In this document: one piece after another, positions 1 through 12,855 of the stretch | Layout: each line of letters opens with the position of its first letter | Position numbering within the stretch: position 1 is the stretch's first letter | From: Ptychomitrium polyphyllum | Lineage: Eukaryota | Assembly: GCA_973851085.1 (NCBI GenBank) | Contig: OZ316775.1 | Location: forward strand, 14,074,001-14,138,000 | Direction of reading: 5' to 3' | DNA: 64,000 bases | Notes under the pieces: generated by a model | The model's input: only the letters and a program-made list of their open reading frames with translations | The model's database searches: none | Told to the model about the DNA's origin: nothing | Made by a program: the position numbers and the translations under genes

Positions 1-117
1 ACAGAACATTATTCTACTGTCTACATAATGAAACAACTTTTTATCTGTCAAGCCAATGTCAATGACCGTCCATGTTGCTGAGAGCTTATCATCTTGAATT
101 GCTGTGGTCTGGTGCAG

Positions 118-731
118 ATCTCCAGTACTTTTATCTCTTATTGAACGGATACATCCTGATTAGTATCCTTGGCCCTGTTATGTACAACTTGTGGATATTT
201 AGGGTATGTTTGTTCACGCTGTTTGCTTGCACGTGGTTGCCCTATCCTAAAACTTCAGTTCTCTTGCTGTTTTCTCATTTTAAAAATTTTTATTCTATAT
301 CAGGGTACACGCTCAATATAATTGATCACCCTTTGATTGATATCTTATGTACAGGGAACAGGAAATGCAAATTTCTATTTCGCCATCAACCTCGTGTATA
401 CCATTCTACAAGTGCGTTGCATTTCTTACCTTCAGATATTGGATGTGCTGTTTCTGGGAACCTTGATAATGAGTGCACCTAATGCTTTTTCAAAGAGGAG
501 TATGTTTCTTGTGATAGTGTAGGTCTTTCGGTGTATTCTTTTTTCTTACATTTTATACTCAAAATCCTAGAAGCATTGAATTACTTGAATTTCTTTAGTG
601 AATTTTATTTAATACTATTTCAAATCGGTTTGCAGACGGTGCTGATTGTGGAAAGTGTGAGCACAGTCATTCGGTATGACAGGAATTTGCTGAAGCAGAT
701 CAAGCTGCAGAAGAGGAACAAATCTTCATAG
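118..731 (+). CDS. PIGU: GPI transamidase subunit PIG-U/CDC91, last three exons (118-203, 355-411, 636-731); 5' part lies upstream of the window
   Basis: GT-AG splicing joins ...LGPVMYNLWIFR|GTGNANFYFAINLVYTILQ|TVLIVESVSTVIRYDRNLLK...*; W-x3-GTGNANFYFA is the PIG-U C-terminal signature. Confidence 0.88.
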
Positions 732-2275
732 CTTTACACAAAAATGATGCAAGTGAAACGATTTACCGGTAGTCATCAAAGGAGGTAGGAAGAAAACAGG
801 ACTTACAGAATATTTTGTAGTTGCTTTGAGTGCTCCAGAGCTTACGAATTAGAAGAAATGTGTTCCAAGGATGTTTACATCATTCAAACAAGTCATTCAA
901 TCCATCACGTGAGTCATCCGAAGATGCCCTAAATCATGCCCTAAATCGTCCAGTGCGTGAAGTCAAAGGGGCTTCAAACATGGATACTTTGAAAGGATAC
1001 TCAAATTTTCACCTTTCACTTTGAAGTCTTCTGTATGGTAACATCCTGTGTAATACGTTGATCGAGAATAAAATTAAACTAAAACTTTGAGCTTTGTAGA
1101 TAATAATTCCGCAGTCACCGCAGGTGCAGTACAATCGTATATACTTCCCAGTTCGAATTCAACAGTGCACGACACAGTCCGAGATTGACAACACTCCAGA
1201 GGAACTTAATTACTCATTTGTTGAGGTCTACGTTACAAGCATATGGATCTTGTATGTGTGCTAAGCCAATTCGAAGCCAATCCTGAAAGCTGTTCAAGAT
1301 GTATTCTAATTGACATGGTGATTTGATGAATTCCTCGCGTGAAAGAAGTTCCTTTCGTATCTACTCAGCTGACTCATACGAAGCCCTCTTCAGCAATTGT
1401 CCATGAGAAGACCATAATTACGCGTCAACGTAATTTCACAATCTGTCCTCTACGTGGAGTGCAAATTGCGATGTGTCCCAAAAGTCCTGCATAGTATTAT
1501 TGCCAGTCAGACTCTAAATTTTCTAAGTACTTTTCATTCTCATCTGAGGCCAAGCTTGAATATTGAGCAGCGGGGTTCCGTCGACCACAACTAACTCAGA
1601 CAATCGGCTACCTTCAAACTTATTGCAGTCTCCGAAAGTAAGGGAACTATATATAAAACTGCTACTCTGCGCAAAAGTAACACTACCTTATATTTGCAAT
1701 GTATGGGTTTGTTGATCTATCATCTTTTTGTCTGAAATTGTTTACCAGGCTTAGGGTTTCAGGGTTTAAGGTTCAAGAGCAAGAACTTTGTGGTTCTGAC
1801 ACAGTTCAGAAAATTGCACAAGTGAAGTTCTCTTTTCAACTACCGTATGAAAATGAGCTGTCCTACACTCACGGTGGAATCTTATATATTCGCCGTTAGA
1901 TTGTCTTTCCTGCTAGATTGCTCGAGGCCTCCATTTATTCAGCAGCTGAGTCTGAGGGTGGCCGAGTTTGAAAATATGAATTTGTACGTCGGAAAATTCT
2001 TAAATACGCAAACATTGAACTTCATGCCAGGTGTACTTCTTGTCATTCAACCCAACGTCTAGGGTTCGATGGTATTACTTTTTATCATTTGGACCTAGCT
2101 TTGTTGTTTGTCCTGACAGGAGCGGATATTTGTTTCAGAGAATATTTAGTTGAATTGAGCTCAGAAATTGTGTTGAAAATCATATGTTCTCGACGTAGCC
2201 GAAATACTTAAAGAAACTTGCTATTTTGCAGGAAATTATGTGAGACACGTGATGCATGTGGAGTGGGAGTTTTAG

Positions 2276-3640
2276 ATGCTGTCCGTTGACTCAATGGAAC
2301 CGAAGGATAGATGCTTGAGAAAAGAGGATGAGTTTCCGGAGCATCTAAGAATCGCAGCATTGGACTTGCATGTTGAGCGAGTCACTGGCGGAGGAAGCTC
2401 GAGTGAGGTTCGTAGAGCTTACTGGCTTGGTTGCGAGATTGCCGTTAAGGTGCTTCACTTGCATCAGCATTTCCAATTTAGGATATTGTAACCTTACGCA
2501 CTGGAGCCGAAGAATTTAACGAGGCTTCCGCACTCGTATCTTATGCAGTTGTTCCGATATCGTACAGATCCAACAGTGGTATTCATAGTGATGGAATACA
2601 TGGAAACCTCATTACCGGAAGCCATTGCTGATCATAAGAGGATTTCATCTCGGCCCTTTTCACTGTGCGAAGCTTTAGACATCATAATCAAGATCGCTCT
2701 GGGTATGAGGTTCTTGCACTCCACAGAGATCACACATGGGATATCTTAGTACTGGGATTGTGTTGATAAATGTGCATCCTCAGAGCAAGTTTGACGTCAA
2801 GATTGGTGACTTCTCTTTCTCACACTATACGGACAGCTTATGCATATCACTCAATGACCATTTTAAAAACGTAGTCAGCAGATCCCCAGGCGGGTAGGCC
2901 AAAATTCAGTATCCAGGTGCAAAAGTCAAGTAATGCTGGGGATGTTTATCATTTTGCTAGATATTGCAACGAAATCCTTACAGGTCGCTAGTCTTCGAAT
3001 AAGCCGAGGCTTCCTCCTAACGACATCGATCACAACCGATCTCTTGATGACAACGGCAGTTGGATCATGATGGAACACATGGATGTGGATCTAGGACAAC
3101 TGATGGATTCACGCATGCAACAGATGAAGTCAAGGTTTTCACGGACATCGTAAGTGCCTTTCTGTGACTTTGAAGTCTGGGAACTGTGTCACAAAATAGC
3201 GCTGGGCATGCATTATCTGTATTCTAAACAAGTTGTACATAGAATATCAAGGCTGCGAATGTGTTGATGCATGACCGTCATAGGCGACTTTACGTCAAAA
3301 TTACCGATTTCGGTATGTCCCATCGCATTGGGAACCCAAATGCTGCTGGGTGTCCAGGCACAGGGCTGTGGTGCGCTCTTGAGGATCTAGAGGAAGAGAA
3401 ACTAACAGAAGAAGCGCTCAATAAACAGATGTTTCTAGTTATGCGATGACATGCTACGAAATCATGACTGAGAATTTTCCTTTTGACGTGGAGTTTGTTA
3501 ATGGCCCCAGTAGTCCTCTAAGTATCCATGTGCACAAAGAAGATGCGATTCGAGGTTTGCAGACCAAAGCTTCCTGCTGGCTTGAATCGAGTCTCGATGA
3601 AGCTCATCACTGACTGTTGGCAGGACGATCTAGTATGAGC
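2276..3640 (+). pseudogene. Decayed protein kinase with two consecutive Raf/TKL-like kinase domain remnants
   Basis: Domain 1: GGGSSSEVRRAYWLGCEIAVKVL, IVMEYME, DIIIKIALGMRFLH, VKIGDF. Domain 2: MEHMD, KIALGMHYL, VVHR/IKAANVL, VKITDFGMS, YAMTCYEI, RPKLP, LITDCW. Multiple frameshifts and stops; no introns evident. Confidence 0.8.
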
Positions 3641-5598
3641 AGAGTCACTTGGCATATGAGGGATTCTCTGACTAGAACTAGCTCACGAGGATTTATAAAT
3701 TTATGAAATTATGAATTTAAGGACAATGATACAGGTGAGCAAATTAGTAACGTAGGATGTAGGAAGAGAAGATTGAAGTGACTAAATTCTACTCTCTAAC
3801 TTAACTGAATGTAATAAACTAGAAAGTTTCTTTATCCTCAGTCTTTGGGACTAATTTCCCTTGCTTTGAATGAAGGAGGCTAAGTTAATGAGCTGATGAC
3901 ACGTACAAGTATCATCCTGCTGTAGTATTCTCGGCTTCTTCGTTGACTCGCGTTTGAGCAAAACTCGTTTTCATTATGTTCTGGAATTCAGTCTGCGTAA
4001 CAAAATTGAAGAAGAAAAACTCCGGCTCCACTAGGCTGAAGTGAATAATGAATCTGTTGGAGTTGGTGCTATGTTGGAACCGCCTGCATCTCTTGGCGCA
4101 CTAGTAAACCTCAAAACTTTCAGCGTCCGAACCAGAGAGGTCACAGGCTACATTCCATCATCTTCCGGCGGTCTCACGAAACTCACCTGGCTCGGCTTCT
4201 TATACAACTAGTAAGTTCGAATCTCTTTCCAGCCCACGATGTTAATAACGAAAATTACTACAGGGATCTTCCTCCGCCACTTTCTCACCTAAGAGATCAT
4301 TCCGTTCCCCTTCAAGCAATTTCCAACGTAATTCCTCATTAATATTCATGAATTGCTCTGCACTGATCTGATTCCCTGGCGCACATACTGTTTGCGCTTG
4401 AGCACCTCAATATACTCGCGGTTGGTCATCCCTGACTGCTCTGTCTGGGACATTGTGGGATCCACTTGGCTCCAGGTCACTCTGGAGGCCTCGACCTCGG
4501 ACTTCACCGCCGAGGTGGGCTCGCCTCTCTTCTCAATCATGCGTTGAACGTGGGTAGAGTGGTGCCACGTTGAAGACAGCGGGGACACTGTACAAATTGG
4601 GTTTGAAGAAGCACAGGAGCAACAGAGAGAAACAAAGTGAAACAAGTTATACCAATCGTCATGGGCTGTGAGGTCTTTTTCAACCCAAAAGATTTTGCTC
4701 GCTGCGATCCTCGCAATTTGATGATTCCCCCTCGGATTCCACCAATGGGATGATCCTCGGTTGGCCATCGTCTTCCTCGTCAATCTGTGCCAGTTCGGAT
4801 GTATCAGTGCACAACGAAGTCTGAGATTAAGTATACTCCAGAGGAACGAGGTTCCTCTTTTTGCTGAGGTCTAGACTACAGCCAATCTTGAAACCTCTTC
4901 AAGAATTATACTCATGGACATCGTCATTTGATAATTGCCTTGTTGGATGGAAGTTCCTTCCAGTTTAGCCGGCAGTATTCATCAAATGTTCATTAGGCGA
5001 CCATAATTTCACTTCTTTGTGATAAAAGTCTTCCCGTATGTGTGCGGCTGGCTATGGCATCCTCTGAAAACTGATGGACACTGAGTTACTCGATGGATAA
5101 AGAGTAAAACAATACCTGGACATGCATACTGTGCAAATTTTACTTTACTGTTCTGCCTGAGTCGGTAGCGACTGGTTACGTCGTAAAGAAAAGTTTTATT
5201 CGATAAAAACAACTTTGCATCGTCCGTCTAATTTATCAGAACTCGTACTTGTTTAAGTGACATCCAAAAGAAACATTCAAATGTTGGACTTCACATCCAA
5301 AAACTATTACTTACAACCAACCAAATTCAAGCAGCCTGAGGCGACATTGGATTATCACTTATTAGTGGACAATAGTAGCTTCAGCAGCTACATACATCCA
5401 TCAACTGATCACTAGACTTGTTCTGCATGCATTGCCTGCTATCTGGAGCTGACGGACGATAAGATGTCTATGGAAGAGCCAGGTGACTACATCGATCGAA
5501 TGTGCTTCTAATTTCCCTGCAAATTCAGTCACAACACTCCTTCGGAAGTCCAATCTAACCAAACTAGAGGTATTGAACAGTAGCAGCATAATCCATCT

Positions 5599-6498
5599 TC
5601 AAGGGAAGTTGAAGGGAACGGCGGTGACATCGTTCTGGCCCAGATTGCCAGTGCCGAAGTTCTGCTCAATGGTCTTGAGCAGAGAGTAGTGGCTGAAATT
5701 AGTGTTGTCACTGCTGCCCACGGTGACGCTCATGGTTCCGAACGGCAGCAGCGCCGTGTAGATCAGATTCCCAGTAGTTCCGGAGTTCTCATCAAAAGTG
5801 ATCACAACAAGGGTGCGCCCCGTGATGGCGTTCCCGGTGAACGTGTTGGTCATGAAATTGTTCAAAAATGTTCCAGCGTAAGTGACACCGATATCATGTC
5901 CGTCGTTGCACTGGTTAGGCACGTAGAAGACCACCTGAGGTATTGCGTTGTTAGCCTTGTCCGTCGCCAGCTGCGTCGCCGGGACAATCTTGTTGCATCG
6001 CGCTGCGTTGCTCTGCACATCCGTGAAGGAGACGAAGGCGTTGTGCTTGCGCGCGTACAAGGTCGTCGCGGTCGTTTTCACGGACTGGTTAGGGCAGACG
6101 GCGGATCCGATACTGGAGGCCGTGTTGCAAGTGTTGGCCGCCGCAGTGTAATTCTCATTGTACGACTTCCAGGACACCCCCGCAGTTTCCAGGAGGTCCA
6201 CAAGGTTCTGCTGGGACAGGTTATGCACGTTGTCGTCGGTAACGCCCAGAGTGGACCCAGCGATCATGGCGATGTAGTTCGGCTGTGATGGGTGCGCTAC
6301 GCCGTGGTAGTTCGTCAGCTTCTTCCCTTTCGCTGCCCACTTGGCGAAGTTGGGGTCGGCTATGGCCTTCGAGTAGTCTGTGTTCTCAAAAATAACGACG
6401 TAGATGCGGTCGAACCACACCGCCGCTTCGGCGGTTGTGACCAGCCAGAGGGCTACCACTACCAGTGTCGCTACGATACTCCTCCCAGATCTCGCCAT
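5599..6498 (-). CDS. Secreted acid phosphatase, Phosphoesterase family (fungal PhoA / mycobacterial SapM type), 299 aa, intronless
   Basis: N-terminal signal peptide (IVATLVVVALWLVTTAEA); motifs FDRIYVVIFENTDY, HPSQPNYIAMIAG, YARKHN, NDGHD, LVVITFDE, HYSLLKTIE; several N-glycosylation sequons. Confidence 0.9.
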   Translation of the reverse strand: MARSGRSIVATLVVVALWLVTTAEAAVWFDRIYVVIFENTDYSKAIADPNFAKWAAKGKKLTNYHGVAHPSQPNYIAMIAGSTLGVTDDNVHNLSQQNLVDLLETAGVSWKSYNENYTAAANTCNTASSIGSAVCPNQSVKTTATTLYARKHNAFVSFTDVQSNAARCNKIVPATQLATDKANNAIPQVVFYVPNQCNDGHDIGVTYAGTFLNNFMTNTFTGNAITGRTLVVITFDENSGTTGNLIYTALLPFGTMSVTVGSSDNTNFSHYSLLKTIEQNFGTGNLGQNDVTAVPFNFP

Positions 6499-6638
6499 GG
6501 TGGACTCTGTAACTGACCTATCAACACAATGTACAAACTCAGCTTCACACTTCAGACAGGATAGTACCGAATACCAGTCTTCTCGATCGAGAAATAGTAC
6601 TGGAAAGACTGTGACATGAACCGACTTGTCTAGTCAAC

Positions 6639-6667
6639 TTTATAGGATTAGGTCCGCACGCATATGC
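6639..6667 (-). promoter_or_regulatory. TATA box (CTATAAA, 6639-6645) with adjacent P1BS (GCATATGC, 6660-6667) of the acid phosphatase
   Basis: Exact GNATATNC match about 15 bp upstream of the TATA box; further matches GCATATAC at 7195-7202 and GTATATTC at 7897-7904. Confidence 0.6.
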
Positions 6668-8057
6668 TTGAAGAATATCTGTGTCAGTTGACTTGCAACT
6701 TAGATTTTTCACAAGCGGCGGACGGAGAGCGTGAGCAAGGGGACGTGACTGGACGTTGACGCTGCACAATACTCTGCCAATTATAACTTACGCTTCTGTG
6801 TTTGAGGTAACAGAACTTTTGGTACAAATTTAGTAGTAGAGGCCATGTAGCATGATATCCATGAATTCGAAAGAGGTGGATCCACATAAGCTAACACTCA
6901 TGCACAGTTTATTTGGTCTTTTGAGTTTTGAAGATTGACTAGGAGGAGGCTTGAAAGTACTGCATTTTCATGAATGAGAAGGATAAACACACAGACACCG
7001 GCATGAAGCGGTGCGGATCGAATTTGTACACATGCAAATCCGCCGGTAATTAGTGAGATATTGCTGCTTAAACCGCTTTCAAGGTGCTTGTCAGGTTTCT
7101 CGAAAAATTTGGGAGGAATCTACTTGATTGTTGGAGTGTGATCGAAGTACCTTGAGGGAGGCTTCCCCTCCGGAAGGTCCGGTTTAGAAAGATAGCATAT
7201 ACCCAACTGTCCCTTCGATTGCCATGTCCTACGCCGCTGCAACAGATTCTGATATCCTGTACTTGTGAAGGTAATAGGGTTCCAACCATCAAGGTGATGG
7301 ATTAACTTCCACTTGGCCTAAGTTACGCTCTTCTAGATACCTTATGAGAAAACATGATCAAGTTAGAATGGATAAAGATTCTAGAAAGACCTGTAGTACA
7401 AGGTTCTAGGTGTTGACAAAGCTTCCTTTTTGAGCTTGTGACCAGCAACTGTAAGTTATGTTGTGCGTGGCGGTCTCAATGTGTGTTGTGTGGTACACAG
7501 ATACCCGTGAAATCAAAATAAAAGTGAAAACAAGTTCCATATATAGATCATGATAACTATCAATGCCTGTCTAATAAGGTAAACGAATGGAACAGGTGTA
7601 TGGAATAACAATAGCAGTTTATTTATATATCAATAGCCGATGGCATTATATATAAATATATGTTACAAGTTATTGTAACATATATATTGAATAATACTTG
7701 AGTATCAACTTTAAAGCTCCTTCCTATTCAAATGTTTTGTGATCAATAGAAGATCTATGAAAAGGTTTGTATGCCTAGAACCTCCAAGGCGCTAACCTCT
7801 GGAATCGAGAAACTGTTTATGATCTCCTCATAATGGTTATCACCACAAATTGATTCACCTGCATAGATAACAAATTTTAGCGCTGTGCATGAGAAGGTAT
7901 ATTCCTTTCGTGCCAAGAAAATGTTATTATATATCCATTACATCATTGCCTAAAAATTAAGCGATACCAAATAATCAATTCTTTGCAATTCATCTAATGA
8001 AAGTCATGAACGTCTACAGCTTATGCCTTCTTAATCAATAAGAGACGAAACGATAGA

Positions 8058-11000
8058 TTAGTCGGTGTACCAGAAGGTGGCTGCGGCTGGTATCTTGGGA
8101 CCAAGAAGAAGGCCAAGACTTAATGCTACTCCAAGTGCTATGTGAAGGCGCACACAGTAGTATTTTGCCATAAAAATCAAACTTTTATTCTGCTCCAAAA
8201 CATACGGGAAATGAGATCCACAACTAAGTATTTTGGTTGTTTAACATTCTACGAATGTAAGCGATAGAACAGGAAATATCAACGTCTCCAGAATGAAGAC
8301 AAAAGCAACTGGAGAATGTTGTATATCTTACAGCATGATTCTTGCCAATAAACTGCAGCACTAGTTTGCCGATTGGAACCGTCAACAACGAGAAAGCCTG
8401 AAGAATAAACACCACCGATTCATCTGTTTAGATATCACTAGGACTTTCCAATTCACACATGAGAAGAAACATAAAGGATCATTGATGAGGGAAAGGTATT
8501 GACAGTAAGGAGAAAAAACGTGCAGCAACTAAAAGTACATGAAGGTAAACGGTACAAAGGTTTTACTGTTTTGTGGGAGTGTTAGGCTTTTTTTCACCTT
8601 CAGGATTGATATAAAAGTTCAGAAATTCAAAGAAAATGGAAGAATGTACCACTTACGAAGCAGGTCAATGGCAAAGCCTTGAGTGCAGTAAGTAGGGCAA
8701 TAATGGTGTAGAGTGAAACCACCGTCGTTTGGACCACTTTCGAGCCTTTTTCTGTGCCGAGTTTTACCTGGAAAGTTACGTTTTTTATAATAAGACCAAA
8801 GTATTCACAATAAATCTTCTAAGCGGGTTAATATCTCAGACGTTCTCCAACGCGTTAAATTAAGAAATTACTAAAAGAAGCTCGTGTCCTATGTTGGTCA
8901 CTTTCGTGATTTTGAATCCGCATAAATGTGCTTTCTCAACAATGGTCGATCACCTCAATGAGGAATTCATAGTTTCTTAAGTACCTAACGTGGAACGAGA
9001 ACAATGATAACTAGTGCATTGAGATACAGATATGAATATAAGATCATGGAAACTATAATTAATGTAACTCAGAAGTGTTCAAGGTCAAATTTCTGGTAGA
9101 CTGGAGCCAGGGCAAGAGTGAGTACCAAGGGTGATATTTTCCCAACAGCAAGGTCCCCCTCAATCTGAAGGAGGACAAAACATACACATCACAAATCTTA
9201 GATTGAGGAAGGAAAAAAATCTTTAACTTTCTAAAAATGAGAAGATGTTACCAGATGATACTACAAAGCACAAGAGAAACATGCCGCGTTTACTAATAAC
9301 CCGGAATTATTACAAAGAGGATTGGAGAACTTAAGAACCCACTTTTTTTGCTCTCTAGAGCAAAAAGTATAAAGGATATGCAGCTTGGAGATCAGCTGGT
9401 GTACAAACTGCGAAGAAAATCGAAAATTATGTAGCAAAAACATATACCTGATGAAAGTGGCTACAAAAGAGAATGAGCGAAGTAGTGATTCCCACGAGCA
9501 CACTAGCTCCGAGCACTGTCAGTGTCACTGGCAAAGCCCCTACTCCACTGTCTCAAGTCAGAAGTCAGATCAGACGGCTTTGATGCGGAATATAGAGAAT
9601 AAAATTACACTTGGAGTATTTAGAGAGAAGATCAAAGTAAATGTAAACCTAAAAAATGATGAATCTATGTCTTATGGAACATGCTCTCTAGGTGTTTAAT
9701 TCCTCAGCAATTGCGATCATATATGTTACATGAAGACTTGTAATCGTATGTATGGTTTACCTGGCGTGACAGAGATAGAAAGCAGTTGTAGCGAGTGGGC
9801 CAAATGCGACGAAGCAGAGTGGTTCACCAAGACCTTTGTAACTCAGCCGAAATGGGGGACACTACAAGAGTCACGTACGATCCACTAAGAATTCACGTAG
9901 AAGCCACTAATAAGCCACTAAACATAAGTAAGAATATTTGGAACCAATCAGCACGACATGCGACACAAATTCGCGATTTCTCCATGTTCAACGTTAAAGA
10001 GTGATGACTAACATATTTCTCGTAGTTATTTCGGAGCTCTATTATCAACTTTCAAGCCTGGTATTGAATTCCAAAATTGTCAAAACATTGATAGAGGAAT
10101 TAAACCTGATAAACATAGCCACAGAGAATGGCAGCAGAGAGGAGCCCAATTACTCGCATGTCACCAATTTGTTGTGCAGCTTTAATGATCCCAAGAGCTC
10201 CCAGAGCAAGACATGCGTAGGCAGCACCGAGCACCCCTTTCTGACTGCATCGTTAAGTGCCAAGATTAGAGAGCACCAAGCTAGAGCTAGTCCAGAATAG
10301 CCTGTCATCATTGCTTGCAAATGTGACAGCCTTGCTTGAGTTTGTTAACATATCCATCATCTAAATCCTTTCTTAACTGCAGCTAAACTAGGCTAAACTT
10401 ACCTTCCAGTGATGTTCACAACAGATTCCTTCTTGTCCTTGTCAACACCAGTCTCTGCATCGTATGCATCATTACTGCACAGAAAATTGCCATGATATAG
10501 ATAAGCTCCACGAAACTCTCAGCAGTATTATCACTCCAAAACCTCGAACTTCAAATGAGAATAAAAGTTCACAAACCTGAGATTTAGCCAAGTGATGACG
10601 AGAATGGAGGAACCAAAGAGTAGCCAATACCGACCCGAAATGAACACTCCAGATTGCAAATAAGCAGTTGCTGCTCCCACCTTCACAGACGCAACCCGCT
10701 TCAGAAAATTGAACCACAGATTCCCTAATTCCCAAATTCCCAATCCCTAAACGCTCCTAAATGCTGATCTACTATTTGCAACTAACAGTGCCCTTGATTT
10801 AGATCTTCCGGGGTGCCTACTCATCGCTAATCTGTTGAATTGCAAAAGACGAATGTGAAAACAACTGTGAAACGTTGAGGTAGACAGCTGGCCAACCGTG
10901 AGAGGGATAACTGCAACGGAATACAGAGGAAGCTTCATAGCTCTCCAAACCAAAGTAGCCTGGCTCAGCTCTTCCTCAGCCTCTGGGGGTGTCACCATAT

Positions 11001-11469
11001 CCAGCTCCAGCGACGTCACAGCCTCTGGCTCTGAGAACGAGGCGCCCGTCTGAAGGCACGGCGCCCGTGTGCTTCTCGGCGTGCATCTTGTTACCTAAAC
11101 TCACTCAAATTCTTGTCAACATCCACGTACTGCAAAGAACACAACTTCGAGTTCCAACCCATGAAGCTCAATGTTCAATGCTCATCCCACTCCATCGCCC
11201 ATTTCAAAAATCCACAGCTGTAAGTTCAAGCAACGAAGAGACTCCACACAACTGACCTCGCAATGCTCGCCGGTTATGGACACACATGGTGGCCGGGAAC
11301 CAACAATGTGAGCACTCGCCCTTACTCCAAGTCGCTTCTCCTGTCCCGCAAGAAGCTTCCCAAAATCACCTACACTCCGAACACTAGGAGAAGAGATTCC
11401 CTTCGAGGGCAACCGAGAACAGCTTGGCCTCAACAGAGACGAGCTCTGCATTCCGAAGGCCGTCTTCAT
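8058..11469 (-). CDS. ABC4/MenA: 1,4-dihydroxy-2-naphthoate phytyltransferase (phylloquinone biosynthesis, UbiA family), about 11 exons, plastid transit peptide
   Basis: Spliced translation includes LVWRAMKLPLYSVAVIPLT|VGAATAYLQSG...WLNL|SNDAYDAETGVDKDKKESVVNITG|...AILCGYVYQ|CPPFRLSYKGLGEPLCFVAFGP...|LILFCSHFHQ|IEGDLAVGKISPL|VKLGTEKG...|IFMAKYYCVRLH...TFWYTD*. The N-terminus is Ser/Arg-rich. Confidence 0.92.
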
Positions 11470-12071
11470 GGCTCCCCTCGCTCTACAGCCACGACGAACA
11501 ACTCCAATGTTCGTCACATTTGACACAAATTTTCTGAACCAAAATCCTAGCTGCGAATCGTGAGAACAACCTCCGACTACAATGAAACCAAACACAGTTG
11601 ATGATAGACACTGCGTGCAAAATCGGCCCCATCAATTCTCCCGAAACATGCACAACAGCTGTATCAGTACCGAACCTGGTGGTGCCGAGGCTCGGGTGGG
11701 GACCGAATGGATAATACTATCTACAGCTCCCAGCAACAGATTGGCCGCTTCATGTGGATATGTACAGTGCAGGTCTTCTGCCCTTTCTTCGATTATCTAG
11801 AACCGGGCTCCTTCCAAATCAACCTCTCTCGTATTCTCCTACTTTTCCGACACCGGACAGTCTCTCTTATATTTGAGAGCTCCTTTTAACAAACAACCTC
11901 TCACATGCTTGCCACTTCATCAACCAGAAACAGGCAGTCATGCTGCTCTGCCAGCTTGAATGTCAGAGAACATACATGCAAACCGAAAATGTCCACTTTG
12001 TTTGAGGATTTATTTTCTACAGATGGAAAACGTATGTTTTGAATATACGGCCGAAATAGAGTTCTTTAGAT

Positions 12072-12154
12072 CTGACCACAGCTCACTTAGATGAGCAGAG
12101 GACTGTAGTGTTGCAGAGATCCTTAGGTCACTGGTTCGAATCCGGATGGTCGGA
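12072..12154 (+). tRNA. trnY: tRNA-Tyr(GTA) with about 10-nt intron; divergent, possibly a pseudogene
   Basis: GAGGACTGTAG-[TGTTGCAGAG]-ATCCTTAGGTCACTGGTTCGAATCCGG matches plant nuclear tRNA-Tyr. Acceptor stem CTGACCA/TGGTCGG pairs; TTTTT terminator at 12159-12163. The D loop lacks GG and position 8 is C. Confidence 0.85.
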
Positions 12155-12540
12155 TAAATTTTTATAAAGTTTAGCGACGTTTTTGGTAGTCGTACACGTA
12201 TCAACACAGCAAAGCAGATTCGTTCTGTTTAAGAGATTCTTCGGTGAAGTTGAGATCGATTGTTGGTGCACAAAACGGACTAATTTGGATATACCTGCAC
12301 CTTGTGCAAGGATCTTATTACATATGAAGGCGAGAGACATGTGATGATAATGACCAGTGCGGAGCATTAGTCACATCCAAAATCATTGAAACGATGTCCC
12401 ACTTGGAGTCGTGACGGTACCTCATCTGCAGGAGAAGTGGAAGGATTATACTAAGGTAGAATAAACGGGGTTTCTCTGAGACCTGATTCCTGCGACTTGA
12501 ACCTAATACATGGTAAGCTGGCTTCCCTTATTACAAATAT

Positions 12541-12855
12541 TCAAGGGAATCCGAGATCTACGAGACTTGTGGCATTCTTTGCAGTGCAGAGACTGAAATA
12601 CCAATAAATGCCGACATATAGACTTGTATCTACGTCACGAAACCCTCCTATCGTCATCGGTTTCTCCTGATTCATCATCTTCTCTTCCACGTCCGCTATG
12701 ATCTGCCACTGTCTGTCATTCTCTTCTTCATGTCTCGCAGGAGGCCCGCCCAAAGCCGTGAGCTGCTCGTATATACCAAGAGTGTTCTTCAAATTGGGGT
12801 TCGACTCTCGATCAATCAGCCTTAACTTCTCTAAATCCTGCTGCCTGAAGTCCAT
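12541..12855 (-). CDS. Hypothetical 104-aa charged protein
   Basis: ORF preceded by an acceptor (TGTTTAG, ~12871), an upstream donor (GTGAG, ~13041) and a telo-box-like motif (~13126-13139). No family recognised. Confidence 0.3.
   Translation of the reverse strand: MDFRQQDLEKLRLIDRESNPNLKNTLGIYEQLTALGGPPARHEEENDRQWQIIADVEEKMMNQEKPMTIGGFRDVDTSLYVGIYWYFSLCTAKNATSLVDLGFP

Noticed and set aside
3950..4800. Minus-strand 145-aa ORF with MTNREYIEVLKRK, faintly like the AP2 linker
   Set aside because: No AP2 domain on either side and frames are broken; cannot be assigned.
5689..6288. 199-aa plus-strand ORF; likewise the 294-aa ORFs at 55302-56186 and 60578-61462
   Set aside because: Antisense shadows of real coding exons.
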